Part shown: positions 43,489 to 52,459 of the stretch, piece by piece | Position numbering within the stretch: the first letter of the stretch is position 1 | Layout: every line of letters begins with the position of its first letter | Source: an uncultured Candidatus Bathyarchaeia archaeon | Lineage (GTDB): Archaea > Thermoproteota > Bathyarchaeia > Bathyarchaeales > Bathyarchaeaceae | Assembly (NCBI GenBank): GCA_964618655.1 | Contig: CAZUFG010000001.1 | Location: 1-58,896, forward strand | Reading direction: 5' to 3' | Length of the DNA stretch: 58,896 nt | Program-made: the position numbers and the translations under genes | The notes under the pieces: model-generated | Seen by the model: only the letters and a program-made list of their open reading frames with translations | Databases searched by the model: none | What the model was told of the DNA's origin: nothing

Positions 43489-43704
43489 TTAGTCATAGAT
43501 GAGAAACATTCCGCTTATGATGGAAAGAAAACCGAAGATGACGAGAACTAATATGTATATGGGTAGGCTCTTTGCGGAAAAGCCCAGTGCGGTTTGCATG
43601 CCAAAGAGGTTAGAGTGAAGCCCATAGGCAAAAATAATGGTTATGGCTCCTATACTGCTTTGAACGACGCCAACTATTCTCGATATGATTCTCCTGGTGC
43701 TCAT
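43489..43704 (-). CDS. Small two-TM membrane protein
   Basis: 71-aa ORF, a paralogue-like neighbour of 43712-43933. Confidence 0.4.
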   Translation of the reverse strand: MSTRRIISRIVGVVQSSIGAITIIFAYGLHSNLFGMQTALGFSAKSLPIYILVLVIFGFLSIISGMFLIYD

Positions 43705-43711
43705 AAATAAA

Positions 43712-43933
43712 TCATCCTCGAACGAGGAGAATCGCCGAGACCACGTCTAGCACGCCTATAATCAATAACACCAGCATAAGTATGGCGGTAGACTGTGTAT
43801 CCACGAATGCGCTTACGTCGATAATTTTGAAGAGAGCCAAGGCGAATATGCCTAACAGAATCATCCCAACCATGATGAGAAAACCGCCTATGGCTGCCGC
43901 AATTCTACTAAGCCTTGGCTGATTTGAAAACAA
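43712..43933 (-). CDS. Small two-TM membrane protein
   Basis: 73-aa ORF with a basic N-terminus followed by two hydrophobic helices. Confidence 0.4.
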   Translation of the reverse strand: MFSNQPRLSRIAAAIGGFLIMVGMILLGIFALALFKIIDVSAFVDTQSTAILMLVLLIIGVLDVVSAILLVRG

Positions 43934-43951
43934 CTAGCCTCCCAGCCATAC

Positions 43952-44725
43952 CTAGCTAAGACTCATTTTGTCTAATTCAGTCAGCAGGTCTGCGAGTCGT
44001 TCAATGGCGATTTTCCAAGCCTTTTCGCCCTTCTCCTTCGAAGCCTTTGTTGGATCTCCTATCACACCTGTTTCGCTGATTTCCTTGGTTCTGAAGCCCC
44101 AGTAAACTTTTGGACCCGTTTCTTTTAACCCGATCTTCGTATATTTTGACTTAGGAAGCCTAATCGTGGGTTTTTTAATTCTCTCCTTTACTACAAGTTC
44201 TTCACGGTTTGCGAGGGTTGTGGATGTCTCAAACTCCCCAGCGTGAGCGTCATGCGGTGTTTCAACGAATTTTTCGATAAAGTCGGGTATGAGGCTTACA
44301 GTGTCAACCACTACGAAGGCGCCAGTGTCAGCCTTAATTCGCTGGGCTACTGCCTCCAAGGCTGGCGAATTCCCGCCATGTCCATTCTCGAAAACAATCT
44401 TTCTGAAACCATGCTTTATGAGGCTTACAGCAACCTCATAGGCAACTTGCTCCAACGTGTGAGGACTTAACGTTACCGTTCCAGGAAAGTCCATGTGATG
44501 AGAAGAAACACCAAAGCAGATTGGTGGCGCAACTAGGGAGCATTCAGCCTTCTCCGCCGCCTTCAGAGACAGCCACAAAGCATCGTAGGCATCTGTGTCC
44601 AAGGGCAAGTGTAGCCCATGCTGTTCGCAACTTCCAACAGGAATCACAACAACGTCATGGTTTACCAAAAATTCTTTAACGTCAGGCCATGTGAGTTCGC
44701 CCAAATAAAATCGACGTTTGTTCAC
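43952..44725 (-). CDS. Creatininase-family amidohydrolase (creatinine amidohydrolase / ArfB-like)
   Basis: 257-aa ORF. The family motifs are VIPVGSCEQHGLHLPLDTD and the ..HGGN.. segment. It overlaps the upstream nitroreductase gene by 4 nt. Confidence 0.8.
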   Translation of the reverse strand: MNKRRFYLGELTWPDVKEFLVNHDVVVIPVGSCEQHGLHLPLDTDAYDALWLSLKAAEKAECSLVAPPICFGVSSHHMDFPGTVTLSPHTLEQVAYEVAVSLIKHGFRKIVFENGHGGNSPALEAVAQRIKADTGAFVVVDTVSLIPDFIEKFVETPHDAHAGEFETSTTLANREELVVKERIKKPTIRLPKSKYTKIGLKETGPKVYWGFRTKEISETGVIGDPTKASKEKGEKAWKIAIERLADLLTELDKMSLS

Positions 44726-45258
44726 ACAGTTTTCCTCCCATAAGTCTCGTGATGGACGATTTCGCGTATTGACTTTTTCGGTGGAGCGCTTGGCTTTTCA
44801 GCTGGGTGTCCGACTGGAATTATGGCGACTGGTCTCACACCCAATGGGATTTTAAATGCCTGTCTGGCCTCTTCCTCGTGGAAGGCTCCGATCCAGCAAG
44901 TTCCAAGTCCCAGAGCGTAGGCAGCAAGCAACATGTTTTGGATGGCTGCGGCTGTGTCTTGTAGACAGTATAGAGTTAGGCCTCGGCTACCGTACCCCAT
45001 GCTTGACTGTCTCTCATCTGCACAAACAACGATCACGACTGGAGCCTCTTCAATGAATGTTTGGTCTAATGCGGCTATTACTAGCCCTCGCTTTATTTTT
45101 GCGTCTCTTACGATGATGAATCCCCATGGTTGGATGTTTCCAGCTGATGGAGCCCACCTTGCGGCATCTATGAGTCTTTTGACTTCTTCTTCAGACACTC
45201 CCTCACTTGTGAATGCTCTAACACTTCTTCTGTTTCTGATGGCTTCAAACACATCCAA
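44722..45258 (-). CDS. Nitroreductase-family protein
   Basis: 178-aa ORF. Motifs: IRNRRSVRAF, APSAGNIQPW and GLGTCWIG. Confidence 0.85.
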   Translation of the reverse strand: MDVFEAIRNRRSVRAFTSEGVSEEEVKRLIDAARWAPSAGNIQPWGFIIVRDAKIKRGLVIAALDQTFIEEAPVVIVVCADERQSSMGYGSRGLTLYCLQDTAAAIQNMLLAAYALGLGTCWIGAFHEEEARQAFKIPLGVRPVAIIPVGHPAEKPSAPPKKSIREIVHHETYGRKTV

Positions 45259-45274
45259 GGCTCTATACCCGCCC

Positions 45275-45940
45275 TTAGGCTATTCTGACCGCTGTCTCGA
45301 TGGTTATTCCATGTTCAGCTAGGCTGAAGGGAGTCAGCCTTATCGCGTACACAGCCTTACGCATTTTCTTTATTCGCATTCGCCTGTCGATGCCTCCACC
45401 AACTTCTTGCGCGATAAACTCTATCACGCCGTCAGCCAAGTATTGCAGGGTCATTTCTGTTTGAGGACCGTGCATCCCCTGTGTAAGAAGCAAGAAGTGG
45501 ATTCCACCATATTTTCGTGTGCTGTCTAGCAACAACTCAATCAGTTTAAGAACTGACTGGTAATCCTGAACCAGAAGAAGTGACGACAAAGAGTCGAATA
45601 GTATCCAACGGTCTTCCCTGATCCTTAACGGTATTTCTTTTTCTAGAGTTTGAGAAGCCGCTGGGCTGCGAACATCCACGAAGACCCAGCGATTATCCTC
45701 TTCTAAAGATGAGATGTTCCAGCCAAAAGTTTGAAAATCTTCTCTTATGATGTCTGGTGACCTAAACGATGTGAAGTAGGCAACCTTTTCACCTTTCACC
45801 GCATGCTGGTAAAGGAGTTGTTGAGCAAAAGTGTCATATTCCGAGCCTGGCTCACCCAGCATTAATATGACGCTCTTGTCTGGAAGCCCACCTCCCAGCA
45901 TTTCATCGAACCCTTCTATCCAAGTTTTAACTAACTTCAT
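45275..45940 (-). CDS. KaiC/RecA-superfamily ATPase-like protein with a degenerate Walker A motif
   Basis: Track ORF 45275-46012. I prefer ATG 45940 (MKLVKTWIEGFDEMLGGGLPDKSVILMLGEPGSEYDTFAQQ). The family context is clear (GFDEMLGGGLP...GEPG..). GK(T/S) is replaced by EYD. Confidence 0.65.
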   Translation of the reverse strand: MKLVKTWIEGFDEMLGGGLPDKSVILMLGEPGSEYDTFAQQLLYQHAVKGEKVAYFTSFRSPDIIREDFQTFGWNISSLEEDNRWVFVDVRSPAASQTLEKEIPLRIREDRWILFDSLSSLLLVQDYQSVLKLIELLLDSTRKYGGIHFLLLTQGMHGPQTEMTLQYLADGVIEFIAQEVGGGIDRRMRIKKMRKAVYAIRLTPFSLAEHGITIETAVRIA

Positions 45941-46074
45941 ACCTTTCGACCTCGCCGAGGTCTCACGTGCCAAACAGATAATAGATTCTATTGATTCATA
46001 TGCTTTTAGCAAACACTAACCATGTGAATCTTGACTCCTCAGTAAAAGAGCCTTTAAGCACACAACTAGAATAA

Positions 46075-46866
46075 TTGTGCCTTGCCAGAGGAGGTTTAAT
46101 CATTTCCACACCCGAAAGAGTCCCAGCAACCCAACTCCTATACTATGAGGACCCGTACCTGAAAGAGTTTGACGCAAAAGTCTTGAAAATTATTAAACTC
46201 GACGACTATCACGGATTGATCTTAAACCGCACCGCCTTCTATCCGACAGGCGGAGGACAACCTCCAGACGCGGGAGTCGTTCAAGGAAAGCGGGGAGAAA
46301 TACAAGTTACAGATGTTCAGATGACAGACGCGACTGTGATACATGTTGCCGACAAAGCCGTAGAAGAAGTTTGGAAAGGAGAGACCGTGAAAGGCATAAT
46401 CGATTGGGACCGCCGAGACGCTCTGATGCGAAACCACACGACAGCCCATTTGATGGCTGAAGCCTTACGTAGGGTTATCGGTCACCCAGTTGAGATTGTT
46501 GGATCAGCCATAGACATAGACAAAGCCAGACTAGACCTCGCATATGAAGGAGGGTCGTTATTGCCATTATTTCCAGAAATTGAAAAAGCTGCAAACGCCA
46601 TTGTCAAAGAAAACAGGACAGTGGAAGCAAAAATGATGCCACGGAAAGAGGCTGAAAAATACGTGAGGAAGTTTCATGAAAGCCTGAAGACTTTACCGCC
46701 CAAAGTTGAGAACGTTCGCATTATTGAGATTAAGGATTTACATGCGTGCGCTTGCGGAGGAACCCACGTGAAGAATACTGGAGAAATCGGCACTGTTAAG
46801 CTTTTGAAGAGGGGTTCTAAGGGCAGAGGCGTCGAACGAATCGAGTTTGTGGCAAAAAAGTCTTAA
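46075..46866 (+). CDS. alaX: Alanyl-tRNA editing protein AlaX (AlaX-M type)
   Basis: The motifs are LLYYEDPYLKEFDAKV, FYPTGGGQPPD, the zinc motif HTTAHL and CACGGTHV. The start is uncertain. The track uses TTG 46075. A strong SD (AGGAGGT, 46087-46093) suggests initiation a few codons later at a non-ATG codon. Confidence 0.8.
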   Translation: MCLARGGLIISTPERVPATQLLYYEDPYLKEFDAKVLKIIKLDDYHGLILNRTAFYPTGGGQPPDAGVVQGKRGEIQVTDVQMTDATVIHVADKAVEEVWKGETVKGIIDWDRRDALMRNHTTAHLMAEALRRVIGHPVEIVGSAIDIDKARLDLAYEGGSLLPLFPEIEKAANAIVKENRTVEAKMMPRKEAEKYVRKFHESLKTLPPKVENVRIIEIKDLHACACGGTHVKNTGEIGTVKLLKRGSKGRGVERIEFVAKKS

Positions 46867-47043
46867 GTCAGAGCCTAATTGAATTCAGTTTGGATGATGA
46901 ATAAGAGAGCTAATCAGAGCCTTAAAGCGGTGATAGAAACTCTCGACGGGCGATCTGACACCTTTCCATTCTTTTTTAACACAGCCGTCACGACAAGATT
47001 TAAAGGGAAAAATGCCTCACGTCAAAAGGGCTGGAGGAATAAC

Positions 47044-48063
47044 ATGCCCTGTAGTGTGGTGGTTTGCGGATTTTTTGGAGACACGGGCAAGGGAAAAATC
47101 ATCGCTTACCTTTCACTAAAAGACAAAATTTCGATAGTCGCAAGGGCTGGAGTTGGACCCAACGCGGGTCACACCGTGGTTCATGAGGGAAAAGAATACA
47201 GGATGCGAATGTTGCCCAGCGCTTTCATCTATGACAAATGTCGCTTGCTAATAGGTCCGGGGGTTCTGGTTAATCCAGAGATTCTTCTTGAAGAAATACG
47301 ATTGACTGACTCGCAAAACAGAGTTGGCGTCGACAACCAGTGCGCAATTATCGAATCAAGACACATCGAAGCCGACAAGAAGGGCTATCTAGCTGAAAAG
47401 ATAGGGACAACTGGGACAGGAACGGGTCCATGCAACGCTGAAAGGGCGTTAAGAGCGGTTAAGGTTGCACGTGATATGCCTCAACTTAAAGAACTTTTAA
47501 CGGATGTTCCGCTAGAGGTGAACACGGCGCTTGATAGGGGAAGGAACGTTTTGATCGAAGGAACCCAGGGAACGTATCTTTCTCTTTATCACGGAACCTA
47601 CCCGTTCTGCACTTCAAAAGACGTAACAGCCTCGGCCGCGTGCTCCGACGTTGGGGTTGGACCCACAAAAGTTGACGAGGTCATCCTCGTGTTTAAGGCG
47701 TACACTACCCGAGTTGGGGAAGGCCCACTTCCAGGCGAACTGTCGTGGGAGGAAGCGGAGAAAAGGGGATGGGCTGAAATTAGCACCGTAACCAGAAGGA
47801 GAAGACGGGCAGCACCATTCAACATCGAATTGGCAAAGAGGGCAGTGATGCTGAATGGAGCCACGCAAGCAGCAATAACAAAAATCGACGTGCTGTTTCC
47901 AGAATGTAAAGGAGTTAAATCTTATGATGAACTCTCAAAAAAGGCGAAGACCTTCATTGAAAATGTTGAAAAAGAAATTCGAGTGCCCGTAACGCTGATT
48001 GGGACAGGCGCCGACACTTGGGAAATCGTGGACAGAAGACCCATAAAATCCAAACAAAAATGA
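47044..48063 (+). CDS. purA: Adenylosuccinate synthetase, short archaeal form
   Basis: P-loop GFFGDTGKGK, and motifs GPNAGHT, GTTGTGTGP and TTRVGEGP. I place the start at ATG 47044 (MPCSVVVCG.., 339 aa) rather than at the track start 46879. Confidence 0.9.
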   Translation: MPCSVVVCGFFGDTGKGKIIAYLSLKDKISIVARAGVGPNAGHTVVHEGKEYRMRMLPSAFIYDKCRLLIGPGVLVNPEILLEEIRLTDSQNRVGVDNQCAIIESRHIEADKKGYLAEKIGTTGTGTGPCNAERALRAVKVARDMPQLKELLTDVPLEVNTALDRGRNVLIEGTQGTYLSLYHGTYPFCTSKDVTASAACSDVGVGPTKVDEVILVFKAYTTRVGEGPLPGELSWEEAEKRGWAEISTVTRRRRRAAPFNIELAKRAVMLNGATQAAITKIDVLFPECKGVKSYDELSKKAKTFIENVEKEIRVPVTLIGTGADTWEIVDRRPIKSKQK

Positions 48064-48107
48064 AAACAAAACCCTAAAAAACAAGGAGAGTTCGGGGAAA
48101 AACTAGT

Positions 48108-49736
48108 TTGACTAGGTCTCTTATGAAGTTTTTTGATTCGCTCTCTTCTAAACCTATCATTCGATACTTAGTCTATTCATCTTCTGTCGTTTTCTTTTTT
48201 GCATTAATTTTGGTTCCACCAATCTTGGGAATCCTCCTTAAATGGAATTTGATGGGGCAAGTCTTTCAAGATTCTAGTTTGATGTCGAGGGCAATGAACG
48301 CTATCTATGCCTCTTTTGGAATAGCCATCTTCGTTTCAGTTATCGATCTGGTCGCTGGTTTGCCCATGGCATGGTTTATTGTAAGAGGCAAATCCAGATG
48401 GCTAAACGTCATCGACACGCTTGCCGATGTACCCTTCATAGTCCCAACCGTTACGCTTGGTTATTCCCTGCTCCTTTTTTGGAACGGCCCAGAAGGCATC
48501 TCTTCCCTTTTTGGATACGGTATCGTTTCGCAAGGTTGGCTTCTCGTGATTTTGCTTCATTTCACGTTTTCTTATCCTGCGGTAGTGAGGGTGATGGTTG
48601 GAGCACTCCTCGACTACGAGCAAACATATGAGCATGCAGCGAGAACTCTAGGCGCCCCAGCACTAACCGCAGACAGAACAGTTACACTTCCCATTCTAAA
48701 ACCAAGTCTAATAGCCTCTTTTATACTGGCATTTGCAAGGTCAATTTCTGAAACTGGAGCAACCATGATGGTTGCGGGAGTCTTTTTTGAAAACGGCCCA
48801 ATCTTCATCAAAAACGCTAAGGACATGGGAAAGGAGGGCCCACTAGTTTTTGTCAGCCTTATTTTGATACTAATTTCATGTATGATTTTTGCACTCGTCC
48901 GCATACTTGGTCCAAGATTCAAACTGCCGGTCAAGAAGATTTGGCCAAGTGTCGAACGCAAATTGAGTGGCCATGGTGTTGCGACTTTGCGAAGCAGCGT
49001 AACGCTATTGATTTTTTTGTTTTTTATTCTCATTCCTTCACTTTTCGTGGCTCTTCCAGCCGTGTATGCTCTCTCGGGTAACATGATAGGTCAGGCTTTG
49101 ACAGGGACTGGAGTCTGGCAAGGATATTGGCAAAGTCTCCTTCTATCCTATCTTGTCGGGGCTCTGGTCACCGTCATAAACGTAATAGTTGGTTTGCCCA
49201 TGGCAGTTCTTATTGCAAGAAAACGGATGGGAACGCTTCCAGCAACCATCTTAGACGTATTGGTTAATGTTCCTCTAGTGGTTCCATCCATCGCCCTCGG
49301 CGCCTCTTTAGGAATATTCTGGAAAAACTTTACGTTTATTCCAGAAATTGCGCTGATAATTTTCGCTCATATTTCAATCACGTACCCATACTTTGTAAGG
49401 TCTATGGCTGCAGCCATAGAAAGAATAAGCGTAGACTTAGAAGATGCTTCAAGGATACTTGGAGCTCGGCCGTTTACTGTCTTTAAGACTATCATCTTGC
49501 CTTTAACGAAATACTCTCTCTTCGCTGGCGCCGTCATGGTGTTTACGAGAAGTGTTGATGAAACTGGCGCCACCTTAGCAGTTGTGACTAACTTGAAAAC
49601 GGCTCCAGTCCTGTTGGTAGACTGGGTTAGGAATAAGGTGCCTCAAATCGCCCTCGGATGCGGATTCTTAATTTTGTTATCCTTCATAATACTGCTCGCT
49701 TTGAGACTTACAATAAGAGGGAGAGAACGATATTAG
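48108..49736 (+). CDS. ABC importer permease with two fused MetI-like membrane domains
   Basis: 542-aa ORF with about 12 TM segments. There are two EAA-type loops, ARSISETGATMMVAG and TRSVDETGATLAVV, which resemble the GEFGAT loop of molybdate/tungstate/sulfate-type permeases. The substrate is not resolved. An alternative start is ATG 48123. Confidence 0.75.
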   Translation: MTRSLMKFFDSLSSKPIIRYLVYSSSVVFFFALILVPPILGILLKWNLMGQVFQDSSLMSRAMNAIYASFGIAIFVSVIDLVAGLPMAWFIVRGKSRWLNVIDTLADVPFIVPTVTLGYSLLLFWNGPEGISSLFGYGIVSQGWLLVILLHFTFSYPAVVRVMVGALLDYEQTYEHAARTLGAPALTADRTVTLPILKPSLIASFILAFARSISETGATMMVAGVFFENGPIFIKNAKDMGKEGPLVFVSLILILISCMIFALVRILGPRFKLPVKKIWPSVERKLSGHGVATLRSSVTLLIFLFFILIPSLFVALPAVYALSGNMIGQALTGTGVWQGYWQSLLLSYLVGALVTVINVIVGLPMAVLIARKRMGTLPATILDVLVNVPLVVPSIALGASLGIFWKNFTFIPEIALIIFAHISITYPYFVRSMAAAIERISVDLEDASRILGARPFTVFKTIILPLTKYSLFAGAVMVFTRSVDETGATLAVVTNLKTAPVLLVDWVRNKVPQIALGCGFLILLSFIILLALRLTIRGRERY

Positions 49737-49801
49737 CATGTTAAATATATTAATTGAACTTGTATCCCTCTACCTATACGAAGCGTTTGGAGGCAACATC
49801 G

Positions 49802-50911
49802 ATGCCTGAAGTTAAGGTCATTAATGTCACAAAGAAGTTTGGCGAAGGAAAAATTATTGCAGTAGACAATGTGAGCCTCCAAATTCAGGACAAAGAATAT
49901 TTTTCTCTTCTCGGTCCAAGCGGTTGTGGAAAGACAACTCTGCTCAGGCTAATTGCTGGCTTAATCGAGCCAGACGAAGGAGAAATCTACATCGAAGGAA
50001 AACTTGTAAACAATGTTCCTCCTGAGGATAGGGGCATCGGATTTGTTTTCCAAACGTATGCATTGTTTCCTCACATGGACGTTTGGGACAACGTAACGTA
50101 TGGGCCACGAGTAAAGGCTTGGGATGAAGGAAAAAGCGAAAGAGTTGGACGAGAGATGTTGGAAATGGTTAGGCTCTACGAGCGTGCAGATGCCATCCCC
50201 AGTGAGTTGAGTGGTGGAATGATGCAAAGAGTCGCCTTAGCCAGAGCATTGGCCGCTGGCGCCAAACTACTCCTACTAGACGAACCTCTAGGCGCCCTAG
50301 ACGCCAAAATCAGACTTGAACTAAGACACGAACTAAGAAAACTTGTGAAAGACCTCGAACTAACCGCGATGCACGTTACCCATGACCAAGCAGAAGCCAT
50401 GGTAATCTCTGACAGAATAGCGGTGATGAGGAAGGGAAAAATTTTGCAGGTTGGCACGCCACAAGAGTTGTATATGCACCCCGAGCATGTTTTTGTAGCC
50501 AATTTTATTGGCGAGTCAAATTTTCTTGAAGGCCACATTGTAAAAGTGGACGCGAAAGAAACAGTTATTGAGTTGCGTGGCGGCCTAGCCGTACACGCTT
50601 TAGACAAAACGAAGAAAGAAGGCGAACGAGTCGTCTTGGCGATTAGGCCTGAAACGTTTGAAATCGAGAAGGGACGAAAAAAGAAATTTAACGCGTTGTT
50701 TGGTCAGATTGAAAGGCTTAGATTCGAGGGCACAAACATCCGGTATGAGGTTAGACTTGAAAATGAAGACAGTGTGGTTGTTATTCGTCCGGCGTTAGTT
50801 GGCGAATGGTTTAACGCGGACGAGAAGGTTACGGTTAGTTTTCCCCAAGACAAGAGTTACGTTTTCACTTATCCAGCCAGAGGGTTAAGGGAGGAACTCG
50901 CTCTTGAGTGA
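49802..50911 (+). CDS. ABC importer ATPase with a C-terminal regulatory (TOBE-like) domain
   Basis: Walker A GPSGCGKTT, signature LSGGMMQRVALA, Walker B LLLDEPLGALD and H-loop VTHDQ. I place the start at ATG 49802 (MPEVKVINV), preceded by GGAGGC. Confidence 0.9.
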   Translation: MPEVKVINVTKKFGEGKIIAVDNVSLQIQDKEYFSLLGPSGCGKTTLLRLIAGLIEPDEGEIYIEGKLVNNVPPEDRGIGFVFQTYALFPHMDVWDNVTYGPRVKAWDEGKSERVGREMLEMVRLYERADAIPSELSGGMMQRVALARALAAGAKLLLLDEPLGALDAKIRLELRHELRKLVKDLELTAMHVTHDQAEAMVISDRIAVMRKGKILQVGTPQELYMHPEHVFVANFIGESNFLEGHIVKVDAKETVIELRGGLAVHALDKTKKEGERVVLAIRPETFEIEKGRKKKFNALFGQIERLRFEGTNIRYEVRLENEDSVVVIRPALVGEWFNADEKVTVSFPQDKSYVFTYPARGLREELALE

Positions 50912-51563
50912 GTTGTTAAAATGGTTTGAGAAGAGAAGAGAGGAAAAAGCCCTAACCATGACGCAGCACCACTTGGCAACAATTGTCAGCATCGTAGAAG
51001 ACCTAGAGCGGGCAGTCAAAGCAGCGGCAAACAACGAGGAGAAGGAAATGAAACAATGCATAGACCGCGTAACCAAAGCCGAAAAAGAAGCAGACAAGCT
51101 GAGAAGAGAAATAATGGACGAGCTAGCTCGCGGAGAACTACCGCCCGCCGACAGAGAAGACCTCATGCATCTTGTGAAACGAGTTGACATGGTGGCGGAC
51201 TGGAGCCGAGAATCTACGCGTACGCTTAACGTCATGCCCATAAGGGAGGTGCCTGAAAACCTGAAAAAAGCGGGCGTAGACATGGTTGGAGGCCTCAAAG
51301 AATGCGCTTCTGCCCTCCGAAAATGTGTCAGCCGACTAGTGGACAAGCCTGAAGAAGCCTTGAAGGCGGCAGACGAGGTTGAGAGATTGGAGGAAAGAGT
51401 TGATGACCTTCACGAGAACGCTCGGCGACTGCTCGGCAGAGAATCTGCCATAAAGGCTGGGGTTGCGGTCTTAGTGAACGAACTCTTTGAAGCCATTGAG
51501 ATGGCGTCTGACTGGTGCGAAGACGCCTGCGACCAAGTGAGAATAATCATAGTCCGAAGATAG
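50904..51563 (+). CDS. DUF47 / PhoU-like helical protein
   Basis: 219-aa ORF, all-helical and charged, with a two-repeat layout. The segments ..EKEADKLRREIMDEL..G.LPP.DREDL..L..R.D.VAD and ..VERLEERVDDLHENARRLL fit the DUF47 pattern (TIGR00153 type). The TTG start overlaps the ATPase stop by 8 nt. Confidence 0.6.
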   Translation: MSELLKWFEKRREEKALTMTQHHLATIVSIVEDLERAVKAAANNEEKEMKQCIDRVTKAEKEADKLRREIMDELARGELPPADREDLMHLVKRVDMVADWSRESTRTLNVMPIREVPENLKKAGVDMVGGLKECASALRKCVSRLVDKPEEALKAADEVERLEERVDDLHENARRLLGRESAIKAGVAVLVNELFEAIEMASDWCEDACDQVRIIIVRR

Positions 51564-51587
51564 TCTGGGCATGGGGAGGTGAAAAAC

Positions 51588-51881
51588 ATGGCAACGATCA
51601 CGGTGGAGATATCTGAATTCCGCGGTAAGGATGGCGATGAAATGGTGAAAGAGTTAGCTGAGTTGCTGGAAAGCAAGGCAAACGCAAAAGTGAACGTCTC
51701 TAGCGGGGAGATTATTCTGAACTATGAAGAAAAGAAGAAGCCAGCTTCAAAGGCTTATGTTCGAGTGCTTCTCAGAAAATTTTTGCATAAAGCCGAACTG
51801 AAGGACAGGTTCCGTGTAATCGCTGGTAAAGAGAACGCCCTTATAATAAAAGAAAGGAAGCCAAGAGAGGAAGAAGAATAG
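51588..51881 (+). CDS. Small basic/acidic-tailed protein resembling eukaryotic ribosomal protein eL22
   Basis: ATG 51588 lies 7 nt after a perfect SD (GGAGGTGA, 51574-51581). The C-terminal half SKAYVRVLLRKFLHKAELKDRFRVIAGKENALIIKERKPREEEE aligns by eye with human RPL22 [37 protein letters not shown]..EEEE. Confidence 0.5.
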   Translation: MATITVEISEFRGKDGDEMVKELAELLESKANAKVNVSSGEIILNYEEKKKPASKAYVRVLLRKFLHKAELKDRFRVIAGKENALIIKERKPREEEE

Positions 51882-51927
51882 GTCTTACTGGGCGTCCCTC
51901 CAAAAACTGCAAACGTCTACCTCACAT

Positions 51928-52308
51928 CTACTTCTTCTTTTCGAGAGATTCCTGAACCTTTAAAAGATGATTTCTGGCCGTCCACGTTTTCTTGTATGCC
52001 TCGTGAAACTTGTTAGCCTCGATGCTGCTTCTTGCTTCTTTGAGTAGGTTTTTAGCGGAGGAAAGAGTGGGCTCGATTTCAACTTCCTTTGAGTGGGAAG
52101 ACATCTTCCATGAAGAGGTTTCGATCTCGCCTTGATGCTGGATAGATAAGAGAAACAGTGCGTATTCTAATTCAGCGACGGCTCTCCAAACAAAACCAGC
52201 CACTTGTTTCTCGTCATTTTTCTCATACGCCTCAATAGAACTCTTGAGACTGCCCATCGCAGAAATGATGGCTGTAGATATTTTTTCTTGCGTCATCTTT
52301 TTCCCCAA
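51928..52308 (-). CDS. Hypothetical helical protein
   Basis: 126-aa ORF, predicted helical, with no motif I recognise. Confidence 0.4.
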   Translation of the reverse strand: MGKKMTQEKISTAIISAMGSLKSSIEAYEKNDEKQVAGFVWRAVAELEYALFLLSIQHQGEIETSSWKMSSHSKEVEIEPTLSSAKNLLKEARSSIEANKFHEAYKKTWTARNHLLKVQESLEKKK

Positions 52309-52459
52309 GTAGTCTCAGAAGTTTTAAGTGGTGTATGTTTTAAACTTTTAGTTCAAGGGTTCTGTTGCGTAGGTGAGATTCGTGTTGCAAATTAAAGTTT
52401 GAAGATTTTCTGTTGTTGCAAACTGAGAGTTTTCGCTTGCTACAGCAGTTGCTAAAGAA

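Noticed and set aside
46879-47043. 55-aa N-terminal extension of PurA in the ORF track
   Set aside because: Archaeal PurA starts just before the GDxGKGK P-loop. ATG 47044 gives a 339-aa protein of the expected architecture.
50176-51346. Minus-strand ORFs 50176-50607 and 50885-51346 (143 and 153 aa)
   Set aside because: They are antisense to the ABC ATPase and DUF47 genes. Their Ser/Arg/Ala-rich composition is typical of shadow frames.
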